Below are positions 9,299 to 20,493 of a stretch of DNA of 64,000 nt, in pieces (position 1 is the stretch's first letter; every line of letters starts with the position of its first letter). The DNA is from a virus. A program made the translations under genes and the position numbers. Below the pieces are notes generated by a model. The model ran no database searches, was not told where the DNA came from, and was given only the letters and a program-made list of their open reading frames with translations. The stretch covers positions 97,055 to 161,054 of the IMG/VR virus record IMGVR_UViG_3300034104_005002; one strand, given 5' to 3'.

Positions 9299-9877
9299 AT
9301 GAACAATCTAAAAGAAGTCTCTAAAATAGAAGGTCTTGAAGATTTCTCTGGGTATTTTGTAGATATTCATGGGAATGTATATTCCAACAGACAGAAAAAT
9401 AAAGGACTAAAAAAGAAAGCATTTTTTAAGAGTGGAATAGGTCCCAGTTATAACAAAGTTATACTATGTGGAAAGAATGGTGTAACAAGAGCCTTTTACG
9501 TGCATATACTGGTAGGGAAACTTTTTATTCCTAAAAGTAATCATAGAAAATACTTCATTCACAGATCAGATGATGTTTACGATAATTCACTGGAAAATAT
9601 CATAAGCGTAGATAAATACCGCGTTAAAAAGGATCATAAGATGGGGCGGCCACGCACCAGACCGGAAATGATAAATGATCTGGAAAAAGAATCCATCCTA
9701 TCCGATAAATTAGTGGCCGAATTGAAACTTTTTTATAAGGCAGCAGTGATAAAAGGAGCCTATCAGGGTAAAGAATTTGACTTTATAGATGAAATGGTTA
9801 CAGAATTGATGGATATGTACGCGAATCAGAGAGGTTTAAAAAAAATCCTTCATCAGATTCGACAGGAGGAAGGGTAG
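9299..9877 (+). CDS. NUMOD4/HNH-like protein (degenerate HNH)
   Basis: YFVDIHGNVYS, YVHILVGKLFIP, IHRSDDVYDNSLENI; TAAATA late promoter at about 9271; AAGGA SD. Confidence 0.6.
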   Translation: MNNLKEVSKIEGLEDFSGYFVDIHGNVYSNRQKNKGLKKKAFFKSGIGPSYNKVILCGKNGVTRAFYVHILVGKLFIPKSNHRKYFIHRSDDVYDNSLENIISVDKYRVKKDHKMGRPRTRPEMINDLEKESILSDKLVAELKLFYKAAVIKGAYQGKEFDFIDEMVTELMDMYANQRGLKKILHQIRQEEG

Positions 9878-10413
9878 CGGTCTGGGATCGAGAAAAAGTG
9901 AAAGAATCCCTTTTATGGGAGGCTGTCTAACATTTTCCAATGAGTCACATTTTGAACAATATAAGCATCAGGACCTTTCATTATCCAATAATCTGCTCCC
10001 ATTTCAAGATCAACTTGCTCATTGTCCTTTTCCATCAGTGAAAATAACTTCTATAGATCGCCATTCATTGGACATTTACTGGGATCCAATTGTTCATAAT
10101 CAAGAATAGTAATTTTCAAGAGCAATTTCTACCTCGTTAGAGTTTATTCCATGAACATAATTGTATGCCGCACGTAAATAAAAACCACTCCTAATCCCCT
10201 CGCCTTTTTTCATTGAAGAAACTGCCTCGTCTAACATATAAACGAGTTTCAAATCATGGGAAGATTTCATAATCAAGCAGAATAAATTTCAGGATAGAAA
10301 TACCAAGTACCTTTATTATCATCTACCAATCTAAGATCAAATCCATACTTATCTGCAACTGCCTTTAATTCTTGTTCGGCGGATTTGAACAGTTGCATCT
10401 GGAGGATAATAAT

Positions 10414-10698
10414 TCATAGTTTTTGAATAATTTTTGCTGCCTTAATTGCGAGTTTATCGGTTTTTGCATTTGTTTTCAAGAAAACATTTGCCTCAGGTGC
10501 ATTTTGTTTGATTGGTGTTACCTTGCGAATTGGTGTGGAATTAGTGGCCAGTTGCCTCAGAATAACATCGGCCATTTGTTCTACTTTTTGTTCGTGGGCG
10601 ACTTTAATTTTGTTCTTACGCCTAAGGGCGTCATTCATAACTCTCCCCTCTTTAATCAGTTGACTCACACGTTGGCGGCGAAGTTCTAGGGTGTTCAT
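10414..10698 (-). CDS. hypothetical basic protein
   Basis: ORF track; promoter 10710-10782. Confidence 0.6.
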   Translation of the reverse strand: MNTLELRRQRVSQLIKEGRVMNDALRRKNKIKVAHEQKVEQMADVILRQLATNSTPIRKVTPIKQNAPEANVFLKTNAKTDKLAIKAAKIIQKL

Positions 10699-10709
10699 TT
10701 GAGTGGTTG

Positions 10710-10782
10710 TGAACTGAGGTTATTGTAGCAGGTAGAATAGTCTGGTGAGTCTGGCGCTTGTGCCAGTTTGGTGACTGGCACA
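10710..10782 (-). promoter_or_regulatory. early promoter cassette (palindrome + TGcTACAAT), duplicated at 12300-12358
   Basis: TGTGCCAGTCACCAAACTGGCACA-N~30-TGCTACAAT; identical stretch at 12300-12358. Confidence 0.75.
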
Positions 10783-10812
10783 TTATAAAAAGGAAAGGGA
10801 TCTCTCTTATAA

Positions 10813-12285
10813 TCAATCCTCTACAATAACCTTGGTCAGATGGTGCTTTGCGCGAGTTACCTGAACATAAAGAAGATTATCTTCTTGTTGTAATTCCCAG
10901 TCCTGTTTGGCCCATTTGGACGGAGAATAATGATTCATTCCCAGGGAGAATACTCGATTCCATTCCCTACCTTTGGACCTATGAATCGTGGACAATACAA
11001 GAATCTTTTTATTCTCGGTATCATCAAACAATTCCCGAATCTTATTGATTAGAGTAGAAATAGGATCATCAAATGCACACTGATCAATAAAGACCATAAG
11101 TGTTTCTACCTGATCCTCGATTACCTGACACTTGGTATCATTTCCTTTTTCTTTATACTTTTGAATCTCTTTTTCCTTATAAATTTCTAACTTATTGATC
11201 AGGGTCTTGACGGTGTTTACCTTCCACCTTGTTGCAAGTTTGATTAGACCTTCACCGATCTTTCTTCCTTCTACCTTACAAGGAATTTTGTTTCGGATAA
11301 GATTATAAGCAACCTCCACAAGAGGCTTAGTATTGCGGCAGATGATTGCATCCTCTTGAATTACAAGTTTGGCGAGATCTTTTAGGGTACATTCGTCTAC
11401 AATTCCATCCGGGGAATCGGGGTGAGATTCAACATGCGAAACAAATTTTTGGGCCTCTTTTACTACATTTTTGGGGCAGCGGAATGTCACAGAAAGAGGC
11501 AGCTCAACTGCATTAAAATCTTTCTTGATTAGATCCAGGGCATTAGAATCGGCGCCCGTAAATCCATAAATTGCCTGATGTGGATCACCAACCGCAATAA
11601 GCCTACCAGACTTTTTAAGCATCATTTTAACTAATGCCCTGCGAGTTGCATTAGTATCTTGGGCCTCATCAAGAAAAATATAATCGTACTGCCAGATTTT
11701 GAGCCTGTTGCGAATCGGCAGATAAATCATGTCTGCAAAATCCACCACACTTGTAATCTGGTTAGAGATACTAAGAAGATATTGACACGCATCTACAGCA
11801 GTATCATCAGAAACAGTGGTCGGCAGATTATCCCACAGATCATAATGATCAAACATCTGGGTCCAATTATTATAATCATCGTCGATACATGCACCGATTC
11901 CGACTTCTTTGGCCATTGCAACAGCAGATGTCACAAATGGGCGCAGGATTTCGTGCTCATTATTAAATTCTTCCCTGGCCAGATTTTGTAACTTATTTCC
12001 GTCTACACTGATTCTGGAATAGGCCCTTCTAAGAGCACCAAAACCGAAACTATGAACAGTGCCCACCTTTACATCTTTATTGATATTCTGTTGGTTTACT
12101 CTACATTCAATTTCTTTTGCAATTGCCTTATTGAATGCACAAAAGGCGGTGGTGCCTTTTGTTACTTTTAACATTTCAATCAGCGTGCTTGTCTTACCAG
12201 CACCCGCGACGGCAGAAAGTATAATCGATCCCTTCCCACTCTCGACTTCGTTAATGGCGACAGACTGTTGGGGTGAAAGTTGCAT
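10813..12285 (-). CDS. UvrD/Rep-family SF1 helicase
   Basis: AVAGAGKT, LDEAQD, VGDPHQAIYGFTGA, TFRCP, TIHRSKGREW, LYVQVTRAK. Confidence 0.93.
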   Translation of the reverse strand: MQLSPQQSVAINEVESGKGSIILSAVAGAGKTSTLIEMLKVTKGTTAFCAFNKAIAKEIECRVNQQNINKDVKVGTVHSFGFGALRRAYSRISVDGNKLQNLAREEFNNEHEILRPFVTSAVAMAKEVGIGACIDDDYNNWTQMFDHYDLWDNLPTTVSDDTAVDACQYLLSISNQITSVVDFADMIYLPIRNRLKIWQYDYIFLDEAQDTNATRRALVKMMLKKSGRLIAVGDPHQAIYGFTGADSNALDLIKKDFNAVELPLSVTFRCPKNVVKEAQKFVSHVESHPDSPDGIVDECTLKDLAKLVIQEDAIICRNTKPLVEVAYNLIRNKIPCKVEGRKIGEGLIKLATRWKVNTVKTLINKLEIYKEKEIQKYKEKGNDTKCQVIEDQVETLMVFIDQCAFDDPISTLINKIRELFDDTENKKILVLSTIHRSKGREWNRVFSLGMNHYSPSKWAKQDWELQQEDNLLYVQVTRAKHHLTKVIVED

Positions 12286-12360
12286 GATAGGGGTGTCCCT
12301 GAACTGAGGTTATTGTAGCAGGTAGAATAGTCTGGTGAGTCTGGCGCTTGTGCCAGTTAG

Positions 12361-12981
12361 TCAGGTGTCCAAAAGAGACTTGATTTTGTTTTTAAGTTCT
12401 TTAAGTTCTTTTTCTAATTCCTGAATTTTCTTGTCCTTATCATCAAGAACTTCTTTCTTTTCAAGAATTGTATTCTTTACATTGGCGCCCCAAAGATTGG
12501 CGCCCACAAGATTGGCGCCCCCAAGATCGGCGCCCTCAAGATTGGCGTACTGAAGATCGGCGCCCCGAAGATTGGCGCCCCGAAGATTGGCGTCCCGAAG
12601 ATCGGCGCCCCGAAGATCGGCGCCCCGAAGATCGGCGTCCCGAAGATTGGCGTCCCGAAGATCGGCTATCCCAAGATCGGCGCCCTCAAGATCGGCACCC
12701 ACAAGATTGGCGTCCCGAAGATTGGCACCCACAAGATCAGCATCCCCAAGATCGGCGCCCACAAGATTGACCCCCCGAAGATTGACCCCCTCAAGATTGG
12801 CGTCCCGAAGATTGGCACCCACAAGATCAGCATCCCCAAGATCGGCGCCCACAAGATTGGCGCCCTCAAGATTGGCGCCCCGAAGATTGAAGTACTGAAG
12901 AATGGCGCCCACAAGATTGGCGTTCCGAAGATTGGCGCCCCATCCAATAGTGTACTCTTTTCCGTTAATGGTTTTTTTCAT
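12361..12981 (-). CDS. pentapeptide-repeat protein with C-terminal coiled coil
   Basis: (A-N/D-L-x-x)n over about 150 aa. Confidence 0.93.
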   Translation of the reverse strand: MKKTINGKEYTIGWGANLRNANLVGAILQYFNLRGANLEGANLVGADLGDADLVGANLRDANLEGVNLRGVNLVGADLGDADLVGANLRDANLVGADLEGADLGIADLRDANLRDADLRGADLRGADLRDANLRGANLRGADLQYANLEGADLGGANLVGANLWGANVKNTILEKKEVLDDKDKKIQELEKELKELKNKIKSLLDT

Positions 12982-13085
12982 GGCTGGTTTGGTTGAACTG
13001 AGACTATTGTAAGTCTAGGAAGGTGGTCAGAGGTTGGCGCTTGTGCCAGTTTGGTGACTGGCATATTATAAAGAGCAGAGAGAAA

Positions 13086-13640
13086 TTATCGTAGCTTATT
13101 TCTATAAAATTCAATCACCCATTTTTGAATCTGAATAATAGCCTCGTCCGGTACTTTATAATCAGGATTGTCACCTGATTCAGATTGATAATTATTCATT
13201 TCAGTATAAAGGTCCTCCCAATAAACCTGACCTTGGGGTGAACTATGCCATGTAAACATAGTGACAAGATCCAAAAAATTTGGACAATCTAAGAATGACA
13301 GGGCACGATCTAGTATAAAATCTTTAGGGAGTGTATTCTCTTTTTCTTCTTCTTTCAGTCGTTCAATTTCTTTTTGAAGATCCTCGACTTGTTGCTCTAG
13401 TTTTTGATACTTTTTCATGGGTTTAATTTTGATAATGTTGCATGGAGAGAATGGGTAACGATCAGACTGATAAAAACCATCAACAGTAAATGTATCAAAA
13501 TTTTTCAGTCCAACTTTATAATTAAGTTCAGTTTCTCTATAGCTGATTTTATAAGTCACGACTCCGACAATTTTTTCTCCACATTGTAGAGTTGCCTCTA
13601 CTTCTTGACCTACAAACTTAGAAAGATCAATTTTCATCAC
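13086..13640 (-). CDS. hypothetical protein, IDLSxxVG paralog family
   Basis: N-terminus shared with 29964-30503 and 36676-37245. Confidence 0.6.
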   Translation of the reverse strand: MMKIDLSKFVGQEVEATLQCGEKIVGVVTYKISYRETELNYKVGLKNFDTFTVDGFYQSDRYPFSPCNIIKIKPMKKYQKLEQQVEDLQKEIERLKEEEKENTLPKDFILDRALSFLDCPNFLDLVTMFTWHSSPQGQVYWEDLYTEMNNYQSESGDNPDYKVPDEAIIQIQKWVIEFYRNKLR

Positions 13641-15982
13641 CAGTCCCGATCATCAATTGGCATCCATTCAATATCCATTTCTTCAAGAATATCAATTGTA
13701 ATCTCTTCTTCAAGAAGAGAAATTTCTGCACGACAGATACAATCTGCATATTCTGGTGGATCATAAAGTGTGGCCCCAGAAACCATTACTCCATCCTCAA
13801 TAATTGCCTCCACGATGAAGTAATTATCTCGTGGAGTGATAGATTCAATTGATTTGATCATTTGTCTTGAGAATAAAGAACCGAATAGTGATTTGCCAGT
13901 TCTACTGCAGTCGCAGTCACCGGATCGCCACGAAAAAGACACATTTCTTCATCCTTATAAGCAACCCAGATAGTTTGCTGGGTTTGAATGTCAGAGGCAA
14001 GAATGAAAGACATCAGCAATCGTAGATTTTGTTGAAATTGTATTGTTGCCGGAACCATTCTTGCTCATATTCCTCAAAAATAGGAAGATCAACAAGAAAA
14101 TTGTAATGCTGCGCCCAAAAATTACAAAGCCATGGAATCATCGCATTAAGATCATTTCCATGAAGCGCAAGAGAGAAAGAATAAAGTTCGTTGTCCATAG
14201 TGTGATTTGCTTGGGACTTCCTTATTATGATGGATGGTGGGCTGGTTTGGGTGGATCAGTGGACAGTTTGGGAAGTGTCACACTTCTTTAACTTCTTTAA
14301 GAGTCAAACCATCACCAATCTGCATTGCATAATGAATTTCATTAAAACTATGCGCAATTGATTCAAAAATCATAGAACTAGTAGGTTCCTCTCCTCCCCA
14401 AAATTCACTATCAGTTTTATATTCAAACGTAATTGTAAAAGTTTTTTCCACTTTTGAATTCTCTTCTTTAATTCGATCTTCTAGCTGGGCTAGTTGATTT
14501 TTGATAGAGGCAATTTGTTGCTGAATAGAAAGAGCCATGATAAAAATTAGATAAAAGTATCCTCATAAGGATCATAAGAAGTTCCGAACTTTTCGGCCAC
14601 GGACATTTTTAGATCATTAAATTGTTCCTGTACTGCTAAAATTGTTTCGCGCATCTGATTTTCAATTGAATCTGTTTTTTCTTTGAATAGTTCTAGAGCC
14701 CTATAATTAAGAGTCCCCTCTTGACGTTTGTACCAATAATTAACAACTTGTTCTAGATCAATCTCCACACCATCAATTGTAAGAACCACATCATATTCAT
14801 CTTTAGGTGTAGTTGGTTCAAATAGTTCTTGTTCAAGAAGCTCTACAGCCTTAGCTACTCGGTTTTGGTTTTTTTGATCCAGAATAACAAAACAATCAAG
14901 AATAAATAGACCAAGTGGATCACCATTAAGAGATGTAACACGTCGATTAGAGACTTTCATAGGAATTGGTTGAACTGAGATCAGTATAAAAGAGAATTGA
15001 TTGTTGGTGGTAGGTCAGTGGACAGTTCACAGACTGTCACGCTTGCCATAAAGATACAAATAATCGTCGAGAATAACTGGGGAAATTGAGAGAAAAGTGT
15101 CCAGTAATTCCTGATCACCATTAACTAAATTATAAAAATCTGAATACTCATTTGCCATATATGTCCTGTGATTATAATTCATTGTTGCAATATATTTTAC
15201 TTCTTTATTCTTGTCTGCTGTCAATACATCTAAAAACTCAATTGGTAGTTTTCGATTTAACGCAAGACCAAAACGAACATGAGAATTCCTATATTTTAGA
15301 AATTCTCGCATCTCACAATAAAATTCAGTGGTCTTGGCCTCCTCAAACTTTTTAGAAATGTTCTTAAAATAGAAATGCACTGCGACAGGTGGAAGAATCA
15401 ATAAAAATAGTTCAATCATAATTGGGTAAGAAAGTAATGACTCGATGGGTGCCAGGTTTACTATATTTTGGAGACCGTTTGGATAGTTTAATCCATTTCT
15501 CAATGTATGGTTCTAGACCGAGAGATTTTAGTTGCCTACAAAAATCATGGGCTGTATTATATCTACGAAACCACCTATAATTGGCTGACCTTTCAAAATT
15601 ATATTTGGGTGAAATATCAAAAAATTCTCCACCCTCACACCTGACTTCGTAATAATAATTTCTTTTATGCATTATATTAACCTAATTCATAACCAAGAAG
15701 GATAAGTCGTTTATCGCACCATTCTCGGCAAGGTGGATAAAATCCATAAATTTCTTTTTTTTCTGCATCACCAGATCCCCCTACGCCTCTCGGCCCATAT
15801 CTCCATTTTTTGTAATCTTCTGACCAACATTTACTATCATCATAAGGGGAAATTCTAATCCTGGCGGTTTTCTCAATAAATGCTACCCTATTCTTAACTT
15901 CATTTGGATCTGTTCCTTCTATTGCCCTAAAACAAGAATAGCCGTCTAATGTAATCCAGGAAGTAGTTTTAATCATATTCAA
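13637..15982 (-). other. run of short hypothetical early ORFs (13637, 14013, 14278, 14547, 15027, 15412, 15677)
   Basis: tightly packed co-oriented ORFs with palindrome promoters. Confidence 0.55.
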
Positions 15983-16491
15983 CCCTCCAGCATAATAGAT
16001 TCAAGAGTTCCATCCTCATAAATGGATTCTGCAATGTTTGCCTCAATATCGTCAGATTCCCGGTATTTGTCTACATAGGCTGCAAGAACAGCACCAATCT
16101 GGTTATGATCCCAGGTGGAAATTCGACCCCATTCTGAAATGCGATTGGGATAATGAGAAATAAATCCACTACGAGAAGTGAACATTTGCCTTACCTTGTT
16201 ATTCAATGTGGTGCCTCTTACGGCACACAAAATCTTGGCAAAATCAGAACGGCTGATCTCTGCAAAGATTCGATCATTCATAAAATTATATTCTTTGGGT
16301 GAAATTAGTTCTTCATATTCAATAGAAACATCCATCCACTCGGCTAGTTTTTTGACATATTCTTTTGCATATTCCTCAAATACATTTCTCCAATCACTTA
16401 CTTCGGCCTCTCGCATTTCAAGAACATCATCCATGTAGGAATTATGAATAGATCCATAAAAACCAGAGAAAGGAATCAGAGAAGAAAACAT
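15979..16491 (-). CDS. conserved phage hypothetical protein
   Basis: IPFSGFYGS...SPKEYNFMNDRI...FTSRSGFIS motifs seen in phage early proteins. Confidence 0.65.
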   Translation of the reverse strand: MFSSLIPFSGFYGSIHNSYMDDVLEMREAEVSDWRNVFEEYAKEYVKKLAEWMDVSIEYEELISPKEYNFMNDRIFAEISRSDFAKILCAVRGTTLNNKVRQMFTSRSGFISHYPNRISEWGRISTWDHNQIGAVLAAYVDKYRESDDIEANIAESIYEDGTLESIMLEG

Positions 16492-16557
16492 GGTGTTTTT
16501 TTGAACTGTGATTATTGTAAGGCTAGAATGGTCTGGTGGTGGTGGGTCTTGTGCCAG

Positions 16558-16860
16558 TTATTCAGGTGTCACAGGATCGGTGACATACTTATTTCCATTC
16601 AAAAATTCAATCAACTTTTGTTTCCATACATCATAACCATTTGAAAAAAGATGTTCTTCAGGATTCAAAACAACACCTAGGCCATAAAGAAGATCATCAA
16701 TAAAAGTAAAATCATTATAATTTTCATAACCATACTGATTAGGATAAGTCTCCATGTATTGTTGAAGATACTTCACCATAAGAACCATCCTCTTTTTCCT
16801 ATATTCTGGATCTTTTTTATCCAGAGCAATTAGTTGATCGACAATTTCGTAAGTTTTCAT
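16558..16860 (-). CDS. hypothetical protein
   Basis: ORF track; stop lies inside the next promoter palindrome. Confidence 0.6.
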   Translation of the reverse strand: MKTYEIVDQLIALDKKDPEYRKKRMVLMVKYLQQYMETYPNQYGYENYNDFTFIDDLLYGLGVVLNPEEHLFSNGYDVWKQKLIEFLNGNKYVTDPVTPE

Positions 16861-16926
16861 GGAAGATTAGTAACTGAGATCAGTATAGAGTAAAAATGGT
16901 TAGATGGAATGGGTGGTTGTGCCAGT

Positions 16927-17304
16927 TTATGAGGTGCCTACTTTTGATTCTTCAAGATATTCTTTTGCACATTGTATAATAAATTCCTCTAAAAAGATGG
17001 ACATCAAAACCACAATACCAAGAAGAATGTGCCCTTGATAAACAAGTACCCCGATGATTGTAAAGTAAAAAAATAATTCTACTGTGGGAAAGTAATACCT
17101 GTTCAATTTGCTTGTAGTGTAATAAATTGAACAGGCTTTTTTGCTAGTTGCAACAATTAGACCAAAAACAAAGCCAACCCAGATAATAAATCTTAAGACA
17201 TTCAAAAATCCTGTATTATCTTGAAAAGTACCTTCATAAGTAAGAGCCGACATCGTGACTGGATTAAGTATGATGTACTTTATGGTGTTGAGAAGTTTTT
17301 TCAT
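16927..17304 (-). CDS. hypothetical membrane protein
   Basis: several hydrophobic segments. Confidence 0.55.
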   Translation of the reverse strand: MKKLLNTIKYIILNPVTMSALTYEGTFQDNTGFLNVLRFIIWVGFVFGLIVATSKKACSIYYTTSKLNRYYFPTVELFFYFTIIGVLVYQGHILLGIVVLMSIFLEEFIIQCAKEYLEESKVGTS

Positions 17305-17759
17305 TTTTCGGTGGTGGGAACGTCAATAATAATGATCTCTTGATTGTTATTCAGGTATTCAATTTGAACAACTTTTGGAGTGATCTGGACTTTGCCGATA
17401 ATCAGTGAGCGGTTCATGGTTGTTTGATTGAACTGAAGTCAGTATAAAAGAAAATTGGGGCCAATGGTCGGCCCCTTGTGCCGCTTATTCAGGTGTCACA
17501 CCTAATTTATCATAAGTATCAAAACTACAATAATCTCCCTCTAATTCTTCTGGTCTAGCAACATCTAGAAACATTTGATAGGTATAAAAATCAAATGTCG
17601 ATGATGGGGCAACAAAATTATAAAAAGGATCTCCATCCCTGTATGCTAAATCCGGTAAATTCCAATTAGCCCCAAAATATTTACAACCACTACACCTAGA
17701 TTCGCCATAAATTTCCTGACTTTCACAGGTAATACATCCACCATGAAAAATAGTCATTT

Positions 17760-18455
17760 TCACCCAACAATCTCATTAACTGTTTTCTTGGCAGGAGAAT
17801 GAGCCGGGAATGCAATAATAAAATCCCGATCAACATTTGCACAAAGACCACACGTAGCGCAATTCACATTATCATGAATAGTGGCTGGGCAGGTAATAAC
17901 TTTTCTGCCAGATTCTGTTTGATAAAACCTCTCGGTCTTATCAGAAGGAACAACCGCAACTGCCGGAATTCCATATTCAGACATTACCTTGTCTGCAACT
18001 TCTACTGATTCAGTAGAAGCATTGATTGCAAAACCCCTGGCATTAGCGTTCTCAATGCAGATGCGATTGTGCTCATTAAGAATATGGTGAGTATAGGTGT
18101 AGCCCCTTTTATTTGTATTGGCCGTGATCAACTTTTTGAGTTTGATGTAATCAATGTTTCCGTCATTATGAGGCAGGTCCCCGGATTGATTATGACGCCA
18201 CAATTGATTTTTAGGGAGCCTCGCAATTTGTTTTACAAAATCGTCCCAATCGGTTCCCCTTTCTTTGTTAGAAACCTTGCGCCAATGGATCGCAACCGGG
18301 CCATACTTTGCATAACAACCTTTATCATAAAAAGGACAGGTTGTGGGGCAAGTAGAACGCTCAGAAGTAGAAACCGGAATGTTTCCGGTCTTGCCATTTT
18401 TAGATGCAATTGTAAGAGCAACCTGGGTCATGGGGTAAAAATCCCTTAACGACAA
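17760..18455 (-). CDS. Cys-rich gp88-like / putative Fe-S phage protein
   Basis: NGKTG, CPTTCP...CYA, WRHNQSGD, YTYTH, CPA...CATCGLC. Confidence 0.55.
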   Translation of the reverse strand: MSLRDFYPMTQVALTIASKNGKTGNIPVSTSERSTCPTTCPFYDKGCYAKYGPVAIHWRKVSNKERGTDWDDFVKQIARLPKNQLWRHNQSGDLPHNDGNIDYIKLKKLITANTNKRGYTYTHHILNEHNRICIENANARGFAINASTESVEVADKVMSEYGIPAVAVVPSDKTERFYQTESGRKVITCPATIHDNVNCATCGLCANVDRDFIIAFPAHSPAKKTVNEIVG

Positions 18456-18819
18456 ATGTAGAATACAGCAGGATTAGTGGGTCTGGTCGGGTGCTTGTGC
18501 CAGTTAGTCAGGTGTCATACCCATGTAACAAAAATGCTTCTAGTGTATTTGTTATAATTCCACAATTTAAACCCTTCATCATTTAAATAGGCAATAATAA
18601 TATCAACCTCTTCTTGTTCGATATTGTCTATTTCACAAGAAATAAGACCACCTTCTGCGGCAAGTCTAAGAGATTTTTGACCTTTTCTATGGTTAAATTG
18701 TCTTGAAAAGAAAGTTGTAGCAGATCGTAAGAAAGTGTCATAATTTCAATTAGTTATAAAAGGTAGAAATTACTTTAAGTTGTTCTTTAGTAACCTGAAA
18801 ATTGTAGGTTTTGGTCATT

Positions 18820-19143
18820 TCAGTTGTCTTCTTGATTGCGGAATACTTCTACAAACTCTTCTGCTGCCGCAAAGGACATTTCAGCAAACATTCGATAGGT
18901 GGTTCTATTTTCCACAAGTTCACCATAAGTATCATCGTGGTGAAGGAGGTCGTGATACTCTTTAACCATTTGTTGATAGATTTGTTGACCCAAATCAACT
19001 AGAACATCACCAACTTTGGCGGTTTCGATGGTTGATGTCCCTTTGTAGTTATACGGTTGTTGTTTGAGATCAAATTCCAGTTCTTGAATTTTGGTTTGGA
19101 GTTGTGTTTTGGTGGTCATGGGGTAAAAATCCCTTGTCAACAA
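18820..19143 (-). CDS. chimeric protein, TKTQLQTKIQELE paralog family
   Basis: N-terminus matches 39811-40287 up to VGDVL, then diverges. Confidence 0.6.
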   Translation of the reverse strand: MLTRDFYPMTTKTQLQTKIQELEFDLKQQPYNYKGTSTIETAKVGDVLVDLGQQIYQQMVKEYHDLLHHDDTYGELVENRTTYRMFAEMSFAAAEEFVEVFRNQEDN

Positions 19144-19202
19144 AGATAGTATAAAAGAGAATTGGTGGGTCTGGTCGGGTGCTTGTGCCAGTTAGTCAGG
19201 TG

Positions 19203-19526
19203 TCACGGCTCCAGCAATTCTCTTTGTTCTGGAGTGAGAGATTCTAAGAATTCTTTACGTTTTTTGGCCTTGGATTCTCTGGCTAATTGTTTTTCAATTT
19301 CTTTGTCAAAGTAATCTACCATATCATCATAGGTATAATCGCCAGCATCCCAGTCTGAAGTATTATCGTTTTTTATGAAAACCATTTTGTAATAATAATC
19401 TTTATTACCCTGCCAATCATAATAGAGATTTATTTTATAACCTTCATCATTTTGAACAAAATCAGTACTAATTCCCAATTTTTCGGCCTTCGTTAGAAAA
19501 TTTAGGATTTGTGTTGCAGTAATCAT
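19203..19526 (-). CDS. hypothetical protein
   Basis: ORF track. Confidence 0.6.
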   Translation of the reverse strand: MITATQILNFLTKAEKLGISTDFVQNDEGYKINLYYDWQGNKDYYYKMVFIKNDNTSDWDAGDYTYDDMVDYFDKEIEKQLARESKAKKRKEFLESLTPEQRELLEP

Positions 19527-19832
19527 TTTAAGTTGGGGATAAGTTTAAGATGCAATAGACCAATTCAAATCATTTGTCAGATTAACCCAAAAAAAGTATG
19601 AACCATTTGATGATCTTAAAAAGATCCTATTGTCTTTGTGCTGTTCCACAATGCAAATAGGATCTCGATTCATCATATTGGCCAGGCGATTCTTGGCCTT
19701 TTTAGATTTTGCGATTACAGTAACAGTTTCCATCAGTTTGTGGCAAGAATCAGGTTTGCGACTCTATTTTCTCCAGAAAATTCTTAGAGTTTATCATGAA
19801 AATCCCAAGTATCAAGTATCAAAATTCAAGGT

Positions 19833-19987
19833 TTAATAAGTAACACACCGGAAGGAACGCCCACAGAACGCGAGCGCCTTGATACTACCACCGCTAAAGA
19901 TCTGGCAGCAAGCATCTGTTGTTTGAACTCTTGAAGCTCGGATTCCAGTTCTTGAATTTTGGTTTGGAGTTGTGTTTTGGTGGCCAT
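19833..19987 (-). pseudogene. internally deleted paralog of the DUF1566/C-type-lectin-like gene 39811-40287
   Basis: MATKTQLQTKIQELE joined out of frame to ACCQIFSGGSI...RSFRCVTY*. Confidence 0.7.
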
Positions 19988-20071
19988 GGCTAAAAATGTT
20001 TAACTGAGATCAGTATAAGGCGTAAATGGTGGTCTGGTGGTGAATTAGTGGACAGTTATGAAAGTGTCTAC

Positions 20072-20446
20072 TTAAGAAAGAAGATTTTTAATTTCCAGAA
20101 TGAACCACACTTTCGGGGCATTATGAATTAGAATTAGATCATGAATTTTAGAGCCTAGTCCGCCAACACTAAAAATTAAAAAAATTATAGGAAACGTAAT
20201 AAATATAAGAATTTCACTATTATGCTCTCTTTTTGCTAGTTGAACAATGAATCCAATACTCACCAATAGTCCAATAATAAAAACAACTAACCCAATCGCA
20301 TAAAAAGTGTTAATCCATAGACCATAAGAAATATATTGTTGGGCAATGTCTGGAAGTTGAGCAAAAGAAAAGTCTTTAACTTCTCCCACCGAAGTCATAA
20401 TCTCGGCAAGAATTTGAGAAACTTGAGCCTGAAGTTGGTCGTTCAT
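20072..20446 (-). CDS. hypothetical membrane protein
   Basis: two TM helices; QLPDIAQQY...APKVW motif common in phages. Confidence 0.65.
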   Translation of the reverse strand: MNDQLQAQVSQILAEIMTSVGEVKDFSFAQLPDIAQQYISYGLWINTFYAIGLVVFIIGLLVSIGFIVQLAKREHNSEILIFITFPIIFLIFSVGGLGSKIHDLILIHNAPKVWFILEIKNLLS

Positions 20447-20493
20447 AATTTAATTAGAAAAAGGTTGGTTGTTGTGTTAGTTCTTTAATTACC

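Noticed and set aside
12480-12940. 15-bp tandem repeats resembling an array, with long + strand ORFs
   Set aside because: Fully explained by pentapeptide-repeat coding on the minus strand; no spacers
19833-19913. This copy as the DGR template repeat
   Set aside because: Not AAC-rich, carries a deletion and has no adjacent RT; looks like a second variable region
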